64,000 nt of DNA from Eledone cirrhosa (lineage: Eukaryota), in the NCBI GenBank assembly GCA_964016885.1, contig OZ024740.1, forward strand, positions 160,766,001 through 160,830,000, written 5' to 3'. The position numbers and the translations under genes were made by a program. This document shows, piece by piece, positions 53,112-64,000 of the stretch. The notes below the pieces were generated by a model. That model was not told the DNA's origin. It saw nothing but the letters and a program-made list of their open reading frames with translations, and did not search any database. The first letter of the stretch is position 1. Every line of letters starts with the position of its first letter.

Positions 53112-53275
53112 ACGTGTAGGCACCACGGAAAAAAAGCACCCAGCACTCACTGTAAATGAGGTTGGAGTTAGGAAGGGCATCCAGCTGTAGAAATCAAGCC
53201 AGAATCAGTTCCCGTCCCACCCTTGCAAGCAGGGAAAAGCGGACGTAAAATGAAATAATGATGATGATGATGATG
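53112..53275 (+). mobile_element. SINE/RTE 3' tail fragment
   Basis: Matches 52870-53019. Confidence 0.85.
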
Positions 53276-53287
53276 TTATATATATAT

Positions 53288-53485
53288 AACGAAGGAGGTG
53301 TGGTAAGGAACTAGATGGACCATAACGCACCAGAGTACTCAATACTTAGTGTAGTAGAGTGGGTAATATGAAAAAGTTTAACCCCGACGGCAGAGCTCAA
53401 GCTGTTTTGACGGCTACTTCTGGACTGAAATATTCAGTCCAGACGTTGAAACAGCTTGAGCTCTGCCGTCGGGGTTAAACTTTTT

Positions 53486-53488
<3 letters not shown>
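53288..53488. repeat. Fold-back copy of the 45681-46168 element family
   Basis: ggaccataacgcaccagagtactcaatactta..., then aaaaagtttaaccccgacggcagagctcaag mirrored. Confidence 0.85.
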
Positions 53489-53534
<46 letters not shown>

Positions 53535-54016
53535 TATCGAGCCCTCTCTGGATTTTAGTCTTCAATTTTATTATTATTACTATATATATATATATATATA
53601 TAGTTACTGCATTTAGCCATTTTCAATTCACTGCTGGATGAAGCCTCAACATGTAATTATGTCATTATTATATATCTCTATATTGCTATATTCAACAGAA
53701 ATACCCCTTGGTATTTACATATTTCTCTCCTATTACCCTAATGTCTACTTTACAGTTCATAGCTTACATGATTGATGAAATAATCACCAGATAATGTTCT
53801 AGAGTCAATATAATCATCTGAACCTCTTGAAGGTTATGCCCCAGCATGGCCACAATCCTGTAACTGGAACCACTTAAAGACATACAAGAATGCAAATTGC
53901 TAAACTAATCTCTCCCTGAAGCTATGTTTTATTCTCTTTCTCTTTCTTCCCCATATATATTAATATACCAGTGGACCCATTCTGTCAGTAAATAATGGCA
54001 ATATTGTTGAACATAG

Positions 54017-54205
54017 GGGCGGTGGATTGGCAGTATCAGTAGAGCATCAGACACCATGCTTTTCAACATAGAGTTATGGCCCTTTACGCTCTGAATTCAA
54101 GTCCTGCCGAGGTTAGCTTTACCCTTCATTATAATGGGGGTCAATAAAATAAAGCACCTCTAATGCAGTGGGGCAATTGCTGGACTTGTGGCAAAAGTAG
54201 AACAA
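54017..54205 (+). mobile_element. SINE, second family
   Basis: Colinear with 52002-52180. Confidence 0.75.
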
Positions 54206-54711
54206 TATTGTTGAACATATTTAATTTTTGGAATCTAGGATTAGTATTTCATACACAACAGGTTTACTGGATATTTGAACTATCATACAGACTGGGAAAA
54301 TTGCTTTTTGATAAATGAATGGTTTGCATTAGAGAAACCCTATAATTTATGCTGATAAGTGGAAGTGTTTGAATAATAGTTAGATAATATATATAGGTGG
54401 TGCTATTACGTTAGACATGGCCTGGCTATTAAGTTAGACTGGCCGAATTCTATCATAGTTATCAAAGTTATATTTTTACAATATAATTATGTAAATGTTC
54501 AGCGTATATGTACACAAATCATACAAGCTTAAATGTATGACAAACTTTAGAGAAATAACTATTTAAAGGGACAAAGATAGGGTTAGAAGACAGTGCCTTG
54601 TAAGTGCAAAATTAACTTCTTATCATAGTAATAGGACTGAAAAATAGTGACATTGTGTGTATGTGTATGTGGAAATTTTAAAGAGTTACAGACTAACGTA
54701 TATATATATAT

Positions 54712-55058
54712 GATCATCATTTTCATCATCATTTCATTTTATGTCCGCTTTTTCCTGCTTGCAAGGGTGGGACGGGAACTGATCCTGGCTTGATTTCTAC
54801 AGCTGGATGCCCTTCCTAACACCAACCTCATTTACAGTGAATGCTGGGTGCTCTTTTGCCGTGGAACCTCCACGACCACTTTGCAGTGGAATGATATAGC
54901 CCCCAGTCCCTATCATCTCATTTCTACAGCTGAGTAAACTGGAGCAATGTGAAATAAAGGTCTTGCTCAAGGAAACAACACATCACCCGATCTGAGAATT
55001 AAACTCACAACCTCTCGTTTGCAAGGCCAATGATCTAACCACTTAGCCATGTGCCTCC
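54712..55058 (-). mobile_element. Full-length tRNA-derived CORE-type SINE with RTE-shared 3' tail
   Basis: Minus strand: ggaggcacaTGGCTAAGTGG (A box), B-box-like gagtttaattc, CORE-like tccttgagcaagac, then ttggtgttaggaagggcatccagctgtaga and a (GAT)-like end. Confidence 0.88.
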
Positions 55059-55135
55059 ATATATATATATTAGAAAGTGACGTTTTTCTTTTTTACGAAA
55101 TGAAAAACAACCGAGGTGTCCTACATGAGTGTAAG

Positions 55136-55273
55136 TATAAGGAAAAGAGATGAAATCGAAAATGCAACTGCAGTCTTTTTTTTTTTAAATATATATTTAT
55201 TTGGTTAAAATAAATATATATTTAAAAAAAAAAGACTCCAGTTGCATTTTCGATTTCATCCCTTTTCCTTATA
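55136..55273. repeat. Palindrome, ~67-bp arms, centre ggtt 55203-55206
   Basis: taaggaaaag.gatgaaatcgaaaatgcaactg is mirrored by cagttgcattttcgatttcatc.ccttttcctta. Confidence 0.9.
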
Positions 55274-55295
55274 TATATATATATATATATATATA

Positions 55296-55700
55296 CAGTA
55301 GAACCTCGCAGTATGAGTGCCCCGCTGTACGAGTAATTTGATGTGTAAGCCAAGGCTCAGGCAAATTTTTGTCTTGTAGTGCGAGGAGAAATCCACAGTA
55401 TGAGCGAGTTCCATACAAGTGCCTGCTAGTCGGCGCTGAGTTCGCACACATTCACCCAACGAACGTAGCATCCGTTAACTCAGTTCATGTGTTTATCTCA
55501 TTGTGTTTTTCCAGTCTGTTTTTAATTTTGTGTGTTTTCTGCTCTTATTTTATAGTAACAGCACCTTTCTTGTTTGCAAACCAATTAAAAAAAAAACGAT
55601 TTGGGATGGTTTTAAGGGTCTGGAACAGATTCTTTATATTTTAATTAATTTCATTAGGGAAAATTAATTTGTAAAACAAGTAAATTGTAAAACGAGCTTG
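55296..55700 (+). mobile_element. Probable pogo/Tigger-type non-autonomous DNA transposon, right end missing
   Basis: Begins TA|CAGTAGAACCTCG, a typical Tigger-like terminus. No matching right TIR found. Confidence 0.5.
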
Positions 55701-55734
55701 TATGGTGATCATGCTAGTGACATGACATGGTAAA

Positions 55735-55960
55735 AAAAACCCAGCCCACACTATAAGGTGGTCAAGCTAGTACCATGATAAAATGCATGCAGTACACACT
55801 TTAACATGGTTGATATTAGGAAGAGGATCCAGCCATAGAAACCAAGCCTAAATACTGATCCATATGAGCAAGATGTGGTCTCCTGACCTGACTTGTGTCT
55901 TAAGGTTACAATAGGGCTAACCCATGCAAGCATGGAAAATGGACTTTAAATTATGATAAT
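55735..55960 (+). mobile_element. Diverged RTE/SINE 3' tail
   Basis: ttaggaagaggatccagccataga...ctaacccatgcaagcatggaaaatggac. Confidence 0.7.
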
Positions 55961-56284
55961 GGTAAATATATTTGATATATTATTATGGTTTATATGTGAA
56001 ATTATGAATGTATTTCGATAACCAATGTAGTAGTAGTCATTTTCTTGGTTAATCTAAATATGTCTCAGGTGTTAGGAGATATTGTGTAAACAAAACAGAG
56101 ATCAGTTATGCAAGCTTAAGAGGGTGGTAGCATGTGATAGGTTTTTACATTTCCTAATAGAAGTAGTGGTAATAGTATTATATCTCAGTTGTATTATCTC
56201 AAAAGAAAAACTATAGTCTCATTAATCACTTCTGTTTGTACACCTACAGAAATGTGTGTCTGTGTGTGTATATACATACACCCT

Positions 56285-56353
<69 letters not shown>

Positions 56354-57419
56354 CATATATATATATATCCAATCTCCGTGGTCATGTATATGAGTGTGTG
56401 CATACATCTATATGTGCATATATGTGTGTGTGCACATTTGTATGTTTGTACGTGTGTGTTTTCTATTACATATGTTACAACAGTGAACCTTGTTATATTA
56501 GTTTCAATTCTGAACTGAAGTGTTGACTTGTTTTGCTGATATGATTAATGTCTTCAATAACTGCATAACTCTTATATGATTCCAATTCACATCCTTCATA
56601 TGTTTAAGATAGGTCATATCTGCATAAGAAGACAACACCACACGTGTGTATATATCTGTGAGCACATACACATTCCTACATATAGACACACATAACATAC
56701 ACACATTTGTTCTAAGCCAGTTTAATTACCAATTGCAACTAACTGCAGTCTTTCTCAAATAGTCAAGAGGAGATAACATGTGATTCTTTACTAAAAGAGT
56801 TGTGGTTTATCTTGAACATCTCAGTTAATGGAAACAAAGAAATAATGGAGAAGATATGAAAACTGGATATCATTTACTGATGTAAGATTGTTACCCAACG
56901 GAGACCAAGTATTTGGATTAGACATTAGATCAATTTAGAACTGAATTCGTGATGCCTAATGATATCAATGAAATACAGCCGAAGAACAAGATATTGTAAC
57001 ATATCATAAATTGGCAGAATCATTAGAATATAAAGTTAGATATTTTGCTGATTTCTTTGGCTTCTTTGCACTATGATTTCAAATCCTGCTGAGGTTGCCT
57101 TTGACTTTCCTCCCTTCCAGGTTTGATAATATTAATGCTAGTCCAAGCTAGTGGATTGGCAGAATTGATAGAGAATCTGATGAGATGAACTGTGGCATTT
57201 GTTTTAGCCCTTTATATTTTGAGGTCAAATCCAGCTGTGGCCCTACCTGGCTGGTAAATTTAATCAAATAACTGGCTGGCACTCAGTGGGGAGTAGCTGT
57301 GTCTCATGGGAATGACGAGCTTACTAATCTAGGTTGACAATCGTCCTAGAAGTGGTATCTTGAACAAAATTACTCTGTGGTGGTGATGTATAAAACACAC
57401 AAAGAAACAATAAACATGC

Positions 57420-60400
57420 CCCACAATGTCTAGTCATAAACACATCCTGGATCAGTTGTTACCTGGATCAACAAGGGTTGTGGCCCTCAGGGAGAAATCA
57501 GCCTTGGGTCAAAGAATTTGCAGCTGAAATGATCTCTTTTCTAAATACATACTTGAATTGTCACTTGAATGAGATTAATTCAACCCAAACACATTGAGTC
57601 CAGCATCACAAGGAAGGCAAGGAACTTAATGTATCAAATAAACTCAAGAAGAGTATAAAGAAGTGATATACACATGCTATCACTCATTGGGCAAAGCATC
57701 AGAAACAAAACACACTGTAAATTCTTTTAGGGTGTGGAGGGATAGAAATTCAGAAATGAGATCAAATATGGATGAAAACAAACTTGCAAATGTAAGACGA
57801 GATATTCTTAGAAACAAGAGACCAACAGATGGAGAGTTAATTGAAATTAAGAATAATGTTGAAAACGATGTGAGAATACTCATATCAGAAAAGGATGGAA
57901 ACGAATATATGACTGAAGCGACAACACAAAATGTATTGACTATGTCCTCAACAGGAGAAACTTCACACAAAACTGAAAGTATCAGAAACAACAAAGCAGA
58001 GTCAAGCTGAAATTGACAATATGAACATGATTGACAATATGAACATGAAGATCAGATAGAACAAACATAACAAGACATTCTCAATGAATTTGGAAAACAC
58101 AAACAATAGTAAGGGTGAAAGAGAGTCCTTGCAAAAATTGACAAGCAACAGCCAGAATAAAATAACTCATAAGAACTGGAAATCAGGTTGTTAAAGCAAT
58201 AATTGAAGAGATGGAACCTGATATATCAGAATTGAATGAGGTTATTTATTCAGTGACAAAGATTATAGAAAGGAAATGTGTGTTTAGAGAAAAGAAAAAT
58301 AACAGCACTCACAAAAAAAACCCAAAAGACCTGGAAGATAAAAATTGAGAAAAAATTGGAATGATTAAAGGAAAAATATCGATCCTGGATGATATACACG
58401 TTGGGAATCTGTTAAGTTAAGAAAAGGAAGGAAAGTCATTAAGAAATATAAAGTAACTTCAAAACCTGATATTCCATCAATCAAAGAAACCCTGAAACAG
58501 AAAGTACAGCTGAAAGCTCAAAGTGTCAGAAGAATTGAAAAGTGAAATAGGTTTTACAGGCAAAATAAGATGTTTGTGTCAGATGTAAAAAGGTTTTACA
58601 GAGAAATTGGGACACTGACAATTCAAGTAAAGAAACCTCTTTCAATTCATGAAATTGAAGAATCTGGGAAAACAGTATGGAGTACAGTAACGTCTCATAA
58701 TGCAAATGCATAATGGATAAAGAACGTGAAAGAAACATACAATAATTTAGAAAGGCAGACTTGGCAATACATAACAATGGAAAAATTGGAGTTAGCACTA
58801 AAGAAAGCCCCCAAAAATGGAAATCTCCTGGCATTGATAAAGTGTCAAACTTCTGGTTATCTTCTCTAACTGCCACCCATGATACGTTAGTAAAATGTTA
58901 TAACGAAATTATGCACAACCCTGAGAAACTCTTGCAAAAATTAACAGAAAAAAATATTACAAAAACTTATCGTCTTATCACTTGCCTTTCCACATAAAAA
59001 ATGTTCCCCTCAATCTTGATTGAAACAACCTACATATTTATGGATGAAAATCATTTATTCCCTATTGAGGAGAAATGTTGTTGCCATAAGTCTTAAGTGT
59101 GCAAAGACCAGCTTCTCATTAACTGTATGATTCTGGAAACTGGCATAACATGCATAGATGTTCGAGTACAGCTTGGATTGACTATCAAAAAGAATTTGAT
59201 AGTGTTCCCCCACACATGGATTTAAAAAAAATTGGCTGCTCTTAAAATGTTCCCAGTAATATCAAACTTCCTGAACTACAATATGTCTGTATGGAATAAA
59301 AATCTATCACTCACACACAGTGATGGAATTATAAATTCCAGCAGCATATCAAAATATTTTTCAACGTAATTTGTTTTCTCCTTTGGTATTTCACATTGCA
59401 CTCACACCGCTGTCTTTAACACTCAACAAAACAAAATATGTGAAAGACAGACGTTAAACAATGATAAACGATGGTGGCTACAAAACAGACAACAAAACAA
59501 TAAATCACCAGTTTTATATGGATGACTTGAAGATGTGTGCCAAAAATGACAACGAATTAGATGGACTGTTGATGATAGATAAGGTGCTCATTAATGATGT
59601 AGGGAAGGAGTTTGGATTGGAAAAATGTGCCAAAGCAATATTCAAGAAAGGCAGAATGACAAGCACAAACTCATTGGAAATAGATGTGAATACAATAATT
59701 AAGGAACTAGAAAAGGAACAAGCCTACAGATATTTAGGGATCATTGAAGGCCAACATATTCACCAGGCCAGCATGAAAATGAGAATCACGAAGGAATGCT
59801 ATCAGAAACTGCATGCTGTCATAAATGTACTTGCAATCCCAGTTGTCACCTAGAGTTTCAATATCATAAATTGGAATGTTAATGAAATAAAGAAAATGGA
59901 CACCAAAATCAGGAAATTTCTGACTTGTAATAAACTACATCACTCAAAAGCATATGTGTAGCACCTCTGCCTCCATAAACAAAGCAGATGTAGAGGAATG
60001 ATCCAGCTTGAGCTGTCATGCAAGATATCAATCATTGTACATGAACAGTTTCTTAAAACCACCGACAACTGGATGCTGAAAATGATTGCAGTTCACAAAA
60101 AGAAGAAGAGATTACATTCAGTCGCAAAGGAAAGTAGGAACTTTGCAGAAGAATTGGGAATAGATTTTGAAAAGAATGCTGAATCTGCAATTAAAGCTGC
60201 AAAAGCATATCAAAATGTTGGCAAAACATGAAGGTAAACAGAGACTGTGCACTAAATGGGAGCAAACACCACTGTGTGGGCAGTTTGTTCTCCATGACAA
60301 AGAACCAACTGTAGATCAAACACTCATCCATCAGTGACTGCAGAGTTCTGGAATAAAAGCAGAGAGTGGGGGTTTCATTTTGGCTCTGCGAGACCAGTGT

Positions 60401-60955
60401 CTTTGAATGTCCAACTTTCAAGCCAATGTAATCAAAAATGGAACTGACCCAAAGTGTCAATTCTGTGGTGACCATGTTGTGACCATTGATCACCTGGTCT
60501 CCGGTTGCATAATATTAGCTCTCGAGGAATATAAAATGAGACACAATAGTATAGGACAATATTTACACTGAGTAATATGCAGGTGTTTTGGTATAAAAAC
60601 AAGGAAAAGGGTACAACCATCACCTAGATGCAGTAACAGGAGGAGATAATGTGTCAATCCTGTGAACACTGACAGAATAATCAATGCCAGCAGACTCAAT
60701 TTAATTTTGAAGGACCATAACATAAACAGATTTTTCTTAATTTGAAATGAGCATTCCATCAGATCATAACATTTCCTTGGGAGAGTTTTGAAAGCTCAGA
60801 AAATAGAAAGATCTGACAATTGAAATTGAGAAAATCTGGCATCATAAAGCCTTTACAATACCAGTGATAGTCAGAGCATTTGGAATGATATAAAAGAGAA
60901 CTGAAGAATATTTGTACCAAATACATGGAAAGCCAGCTCTGCAAGAGAAACAGAA
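57420..60955 (+). pseudogene. Decayed RLE-type non-LTR retrotransposon (R4/Dong-like)
   Basis: Fragments KWKSPGIDKVSNFW, WIDYQKEFDSVP, QFYMDDLK (YMDD 59515-59526), FGLEKCA, YRYLG, and zinc knuckle CQFCG...TIDHLVSGC (from 60455). Many stops and frameshifts. Confidence 0.85.
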
Positions 60956-60959
60956 AATA

Positions 60960-61143
60960 ATTGTTTCTACTTTTGGCACAAGGCCAGCAATTTCCCAGTA
61001 TATTACTGGTACTTTATTTTATCGACCCCGTAAGGATGAAAGGCATAGTTAACCTCGGCGGGATTTGAACTCAGATCATAAAGGGAGGTAACTCTATGCT
61101 TCAAAGCATGGTGTCCGACCCTCTACCGATACTGCCAATCCAC
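60960..61143 (-). mobile_element. SINE, second family
   Basis: Reverse complement is colinear with 52002-52180. Confidence 0.85.
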
Positions 61144-61145
61144 CA

Positions 61146-61223
61146 TAAATGTCCTTGCAAGGTTTTAAATTGATAATGTCCTGAGAAGGGCATTATCAAT
61201 TTAAAACCTTGCAACGACATTTA
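61146..61223. repeat. Hairpin, 36-bp arms, 6-nt loop
   Basis: taaatgtccttgcaaggttttaaattgataatgtcc pairs with gggcattatcaatttaaaaccttgcaacgacattta. Confidence 0.9.
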
Positions 61224-61442
61224 CTATTGTTTATGCCCTTATGGCATCATTTGCATGACAATTGATTGTAAAATGTGTGTATTATCAAATTTTTCCTCAT
61301 GTGTCAGTTTGACACTTGGCAAGATATGGGAAAGAAGCAGAACTCAAAGGAAGTTTCAAATAATAAATCAGTAATCGAGTATAATTAAATATGATAATTG
61401 AAGATATGCTCATGAAATGTGACAAATTATACTGCAAGCTAA

Positions 61443-62113
61443 TCTATATATTAATTTCAACAATGTCAGTATTCCGTGTGTCATAATTCTCAATTATCAT
61501 TGGTTCATAGGTTTCAAACGACTCTGCCCACCTCAACGACGCCAAACTTAAATTAATATGCATAATGCCAATGAGGGAGTGAGAGGGGAGAGTAAGAAAC
61601 AGAGAGGCAAAGTGAACGGTGTGTTGGATACACTATGTATATGTGTCAGTGTAGAGACATGTGTGTGTGTGTGTGATGTGTGTGGAAATAAGAGGGGAAG
61701 GAAAGCAATAACTATTAACATGTGTACGTGTGTATGTATGTGCGCATATGTTTATGTGTTTGTGCGTCCATGCAGCGTTCCACAGAAAGTAAAAACTATC
61801 AACATGTGTGAGTGTGTGTGTGTGTGTAAGTGCACGGGTGCATGTGTAAGTTTCCATGTGTATGCGTTTCCATGTGTGTATGTGTGTGTATGTGCGGCGT
61901 TCCACAATCGCCACACAGTTTATCTGTCTGTGTGCCTGTCTGTCAGTCTAACATACACAGAGTTGTGAAGGGAGTAAATAGGGACCTTTTTTTACATTGA
62001 CGGACATCTTTTATATTTATTATTGTGTCAATTTTTGACAATTGCTCGAAATGAATACTGATAATAAAAGCAATTCATCTGTTTACCCGGGCAAAGCTGG
62101 GTACGTCAGCTAG
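61443..62113 (+). mobile_element. Probable non-autonomous Helitron
   Basis: 3' end has hairpin tacccgg-gcaaag-ctgggta followed by CTAG|T. Candidate 5' end A|TCTATATATTAA; the 5' boundary is less certain. Confidence 0.6.
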
Positions 62114-62369
62114 TATATTATTAAGAGGCAGTGGATTGAAAGAATCAGTTGAGTGATGGACAAAAATGGTTTGTGGTATATAGTTGTAACTCTTTACATT
62201 CTCAGTTTAAATTGTGTTGAGGCCAAGTAAGTATTTCATTGTTCCAGAGTAAATAAATGAACTAATCATTAAAGGCAGTATACTTTACTTTTACTTTACT
62301 AAAATTTGAGTCCTTGGACTTATTTTGGAAAGTAGGCAACTATATTATGCATGTGTGTGAAGGGAATTG

Positions 62370-62799
62370 TTATACAGAAGTGAAATACGAGCAGAAAATG
62401 CATAGGATGCATGTAGGTTGGAGAGAAATGAAGTGAATATGCTCTGGTGGGTGTGTTATGCTAATGTATCTGAATGATGAAGCATGGATGAGCTGAAGGA
62501 AAAACTGGGGAAAAGAGGAATCAATTGTAGTATGCAAAAGATAAGGCTGCACTAGTATGGTCATGGGATGTGTATAGATGATGATCATTGGGTGACGAAA
62601 ATACTAGGAGTTCCAAGTGAAGGGAAGCTGTAGTAGAGGAAGACTAAGGCAAACCTGAGGAAAAGTGCTGAGAGTGGATCTCAAAACACTGAACCTTACA
62701 GAGGAGATAATGAAGGACCACAAGAGGTGGGAAACTGTCTTAGAAAAGACCCATCCGACCCATGCAAGCATGGAAAACGACATAAAAAGGCTGATGATG
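62370..62799 (+). mobile_element. Old RTE 3' fragment
   Basis: Degraded MLWWVC..., RLH*YGH and ccatgcaagcatggaaaac...gatgat tail. Confidence 0.7.
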
Positions 62800-63155
62800 T
62801 TATTAAATTTGTCATTCTAGATATGTATTTATATTGACAAATGATAATTTCTTACTTAAATTATATGGAACTGCTTCTGGCTTAGTTTCTATGGCTAAAT
62901 GCCCTTCCTAATGCCAAACAAATTATAGCATGGAATGGGTGCTTTTTAGTGTGGCATCAAAATGACCATCTTACAGGGTGGACTAGATGCTATTTCTTCA
63001 GGGTACCAACACAACCTCCCACAAGGTGGACTTGGTGCTTTTTGTCACGTCAGCAGCATGACCACCTTCTAGTTATTCAACTCCATACAACTGTTATCAC
63101 TATATCGATATCAACATGTTCAATCAATTTTGGAATGATCGTAAAACAGCAAACT

Positions 63156-64000
63156 ATTTAAGCACTAAACTTCATTTTTGGGTTTTCATTGTCCAACCTA
63201 TATATATATGAAGTAAGCATGCTCCGTTGGATGTGCAATGTCAATGTGTGTGAACAACCAAGCATAGACGAGTTGAGAAAGAGACTGTGTATAAGAGGAT
63301 AAGCTTTAGTGTGCAGGAGGGAAGACTGCATTGCTATGGACATGTGATGCACATGAAGGATGACCGCTGGGTAAAGAAGTGCCAAGAAATCCCAGTAGAA
63401 GGAAGACATGGTAGAGGAAGACCACGGAAATCATGTGCGGAGGTGGTGAGAACTGACCTCAGATCACTGAAGATCACAGAGAAGATGACAAAGGACTATG
63501 ATGCATGGAGAGATGCTGTGCTGAATAGGACCCGTCCCACCCTTGCAAGCAGGGAAAAGTGGACATAAAAAGAGGATGATGATAATGATAATGATGGTAT
63601 ATATGGGTGTCATCATCCTCATTTTATGTCCACTTTTCCCTGCATCATGGTCCTTTGTCATCTTCGCTGTGAGCTTCAGCGATCTGAGGTCAGTTCTCAC
63701 CACCTCCCACATGATTTCCGTGTTCTTCCTCTATCATGTCTTCCTTCTACTGGGATTTCTTGGCACTTCTTTACTCAGCGGTCATCCTCCATGTGCATCA
63801 CATGTGCATCACATGTCCATAGCAATGCAATCTTCTCTCCTGCACACTACAGCTTATCCTCTTATATACAGTCTCTCTCTCAACTCGTCTATGCTTGGTT
63901 GTTCACACACATTGACATTGCACATCCAACGGAGCATGCTTACTTCATATATATATAGGTTGGACAATGAAAACCCAAAAATGAAGTTTAGTGCTTAAAT
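63156..64000. repeat. Tail-to-tail inverted duplication of an RTE 3' fragment plus its flank
   Basis: 63156-63590 is mirrored by 63611-64000, including the non-RTE atttaagcactaaacttcatttttggg. It may extend past the window. Confidence 0.9.

Overview
AT-rich, repeat-saturated animal (eukaryotic) DNA, not prokaryotic. The SINE/LINE tails and the (TA)n load resemble an octopus/cephalopod genome; this is my inference, with no database search. I find no convincing host protein-coding gene, and nearly all short ORF-track calls are (TA)n artefacts. Main contents: (1) an apparently complete ~9 kb RTE-clade LINE (2404-11469) with an intact 1146-aa APE endonuclease + RT ORF, a C4HC3 PHD finger inside the RT, and a 5' array of ~10.3 near-identical 510-518 bp monomers; (2) a second 5'-truncated but open copy (40789-43950); (3) several Penelope-like elements (GIY-YIG) and non-coding relatives carrying type I hammerhead ribozyme motifs, including a 591-nt-period unit whose hammerhead has a compensatory U3-A8 core; (4) a striking number of fold-back palindromes inserted in (TA)n; (5) a ~16 kb TA/CAA satellite with kb-scale higher-order duplication ending in a 200-N gap; (6) an internally deleted mariner, a decayed R4/Dong-like LINE, a probable Helitron and several tRNA-derived SINEs. 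Coordinates were read by eye; ends of degenerate elements are approximate.
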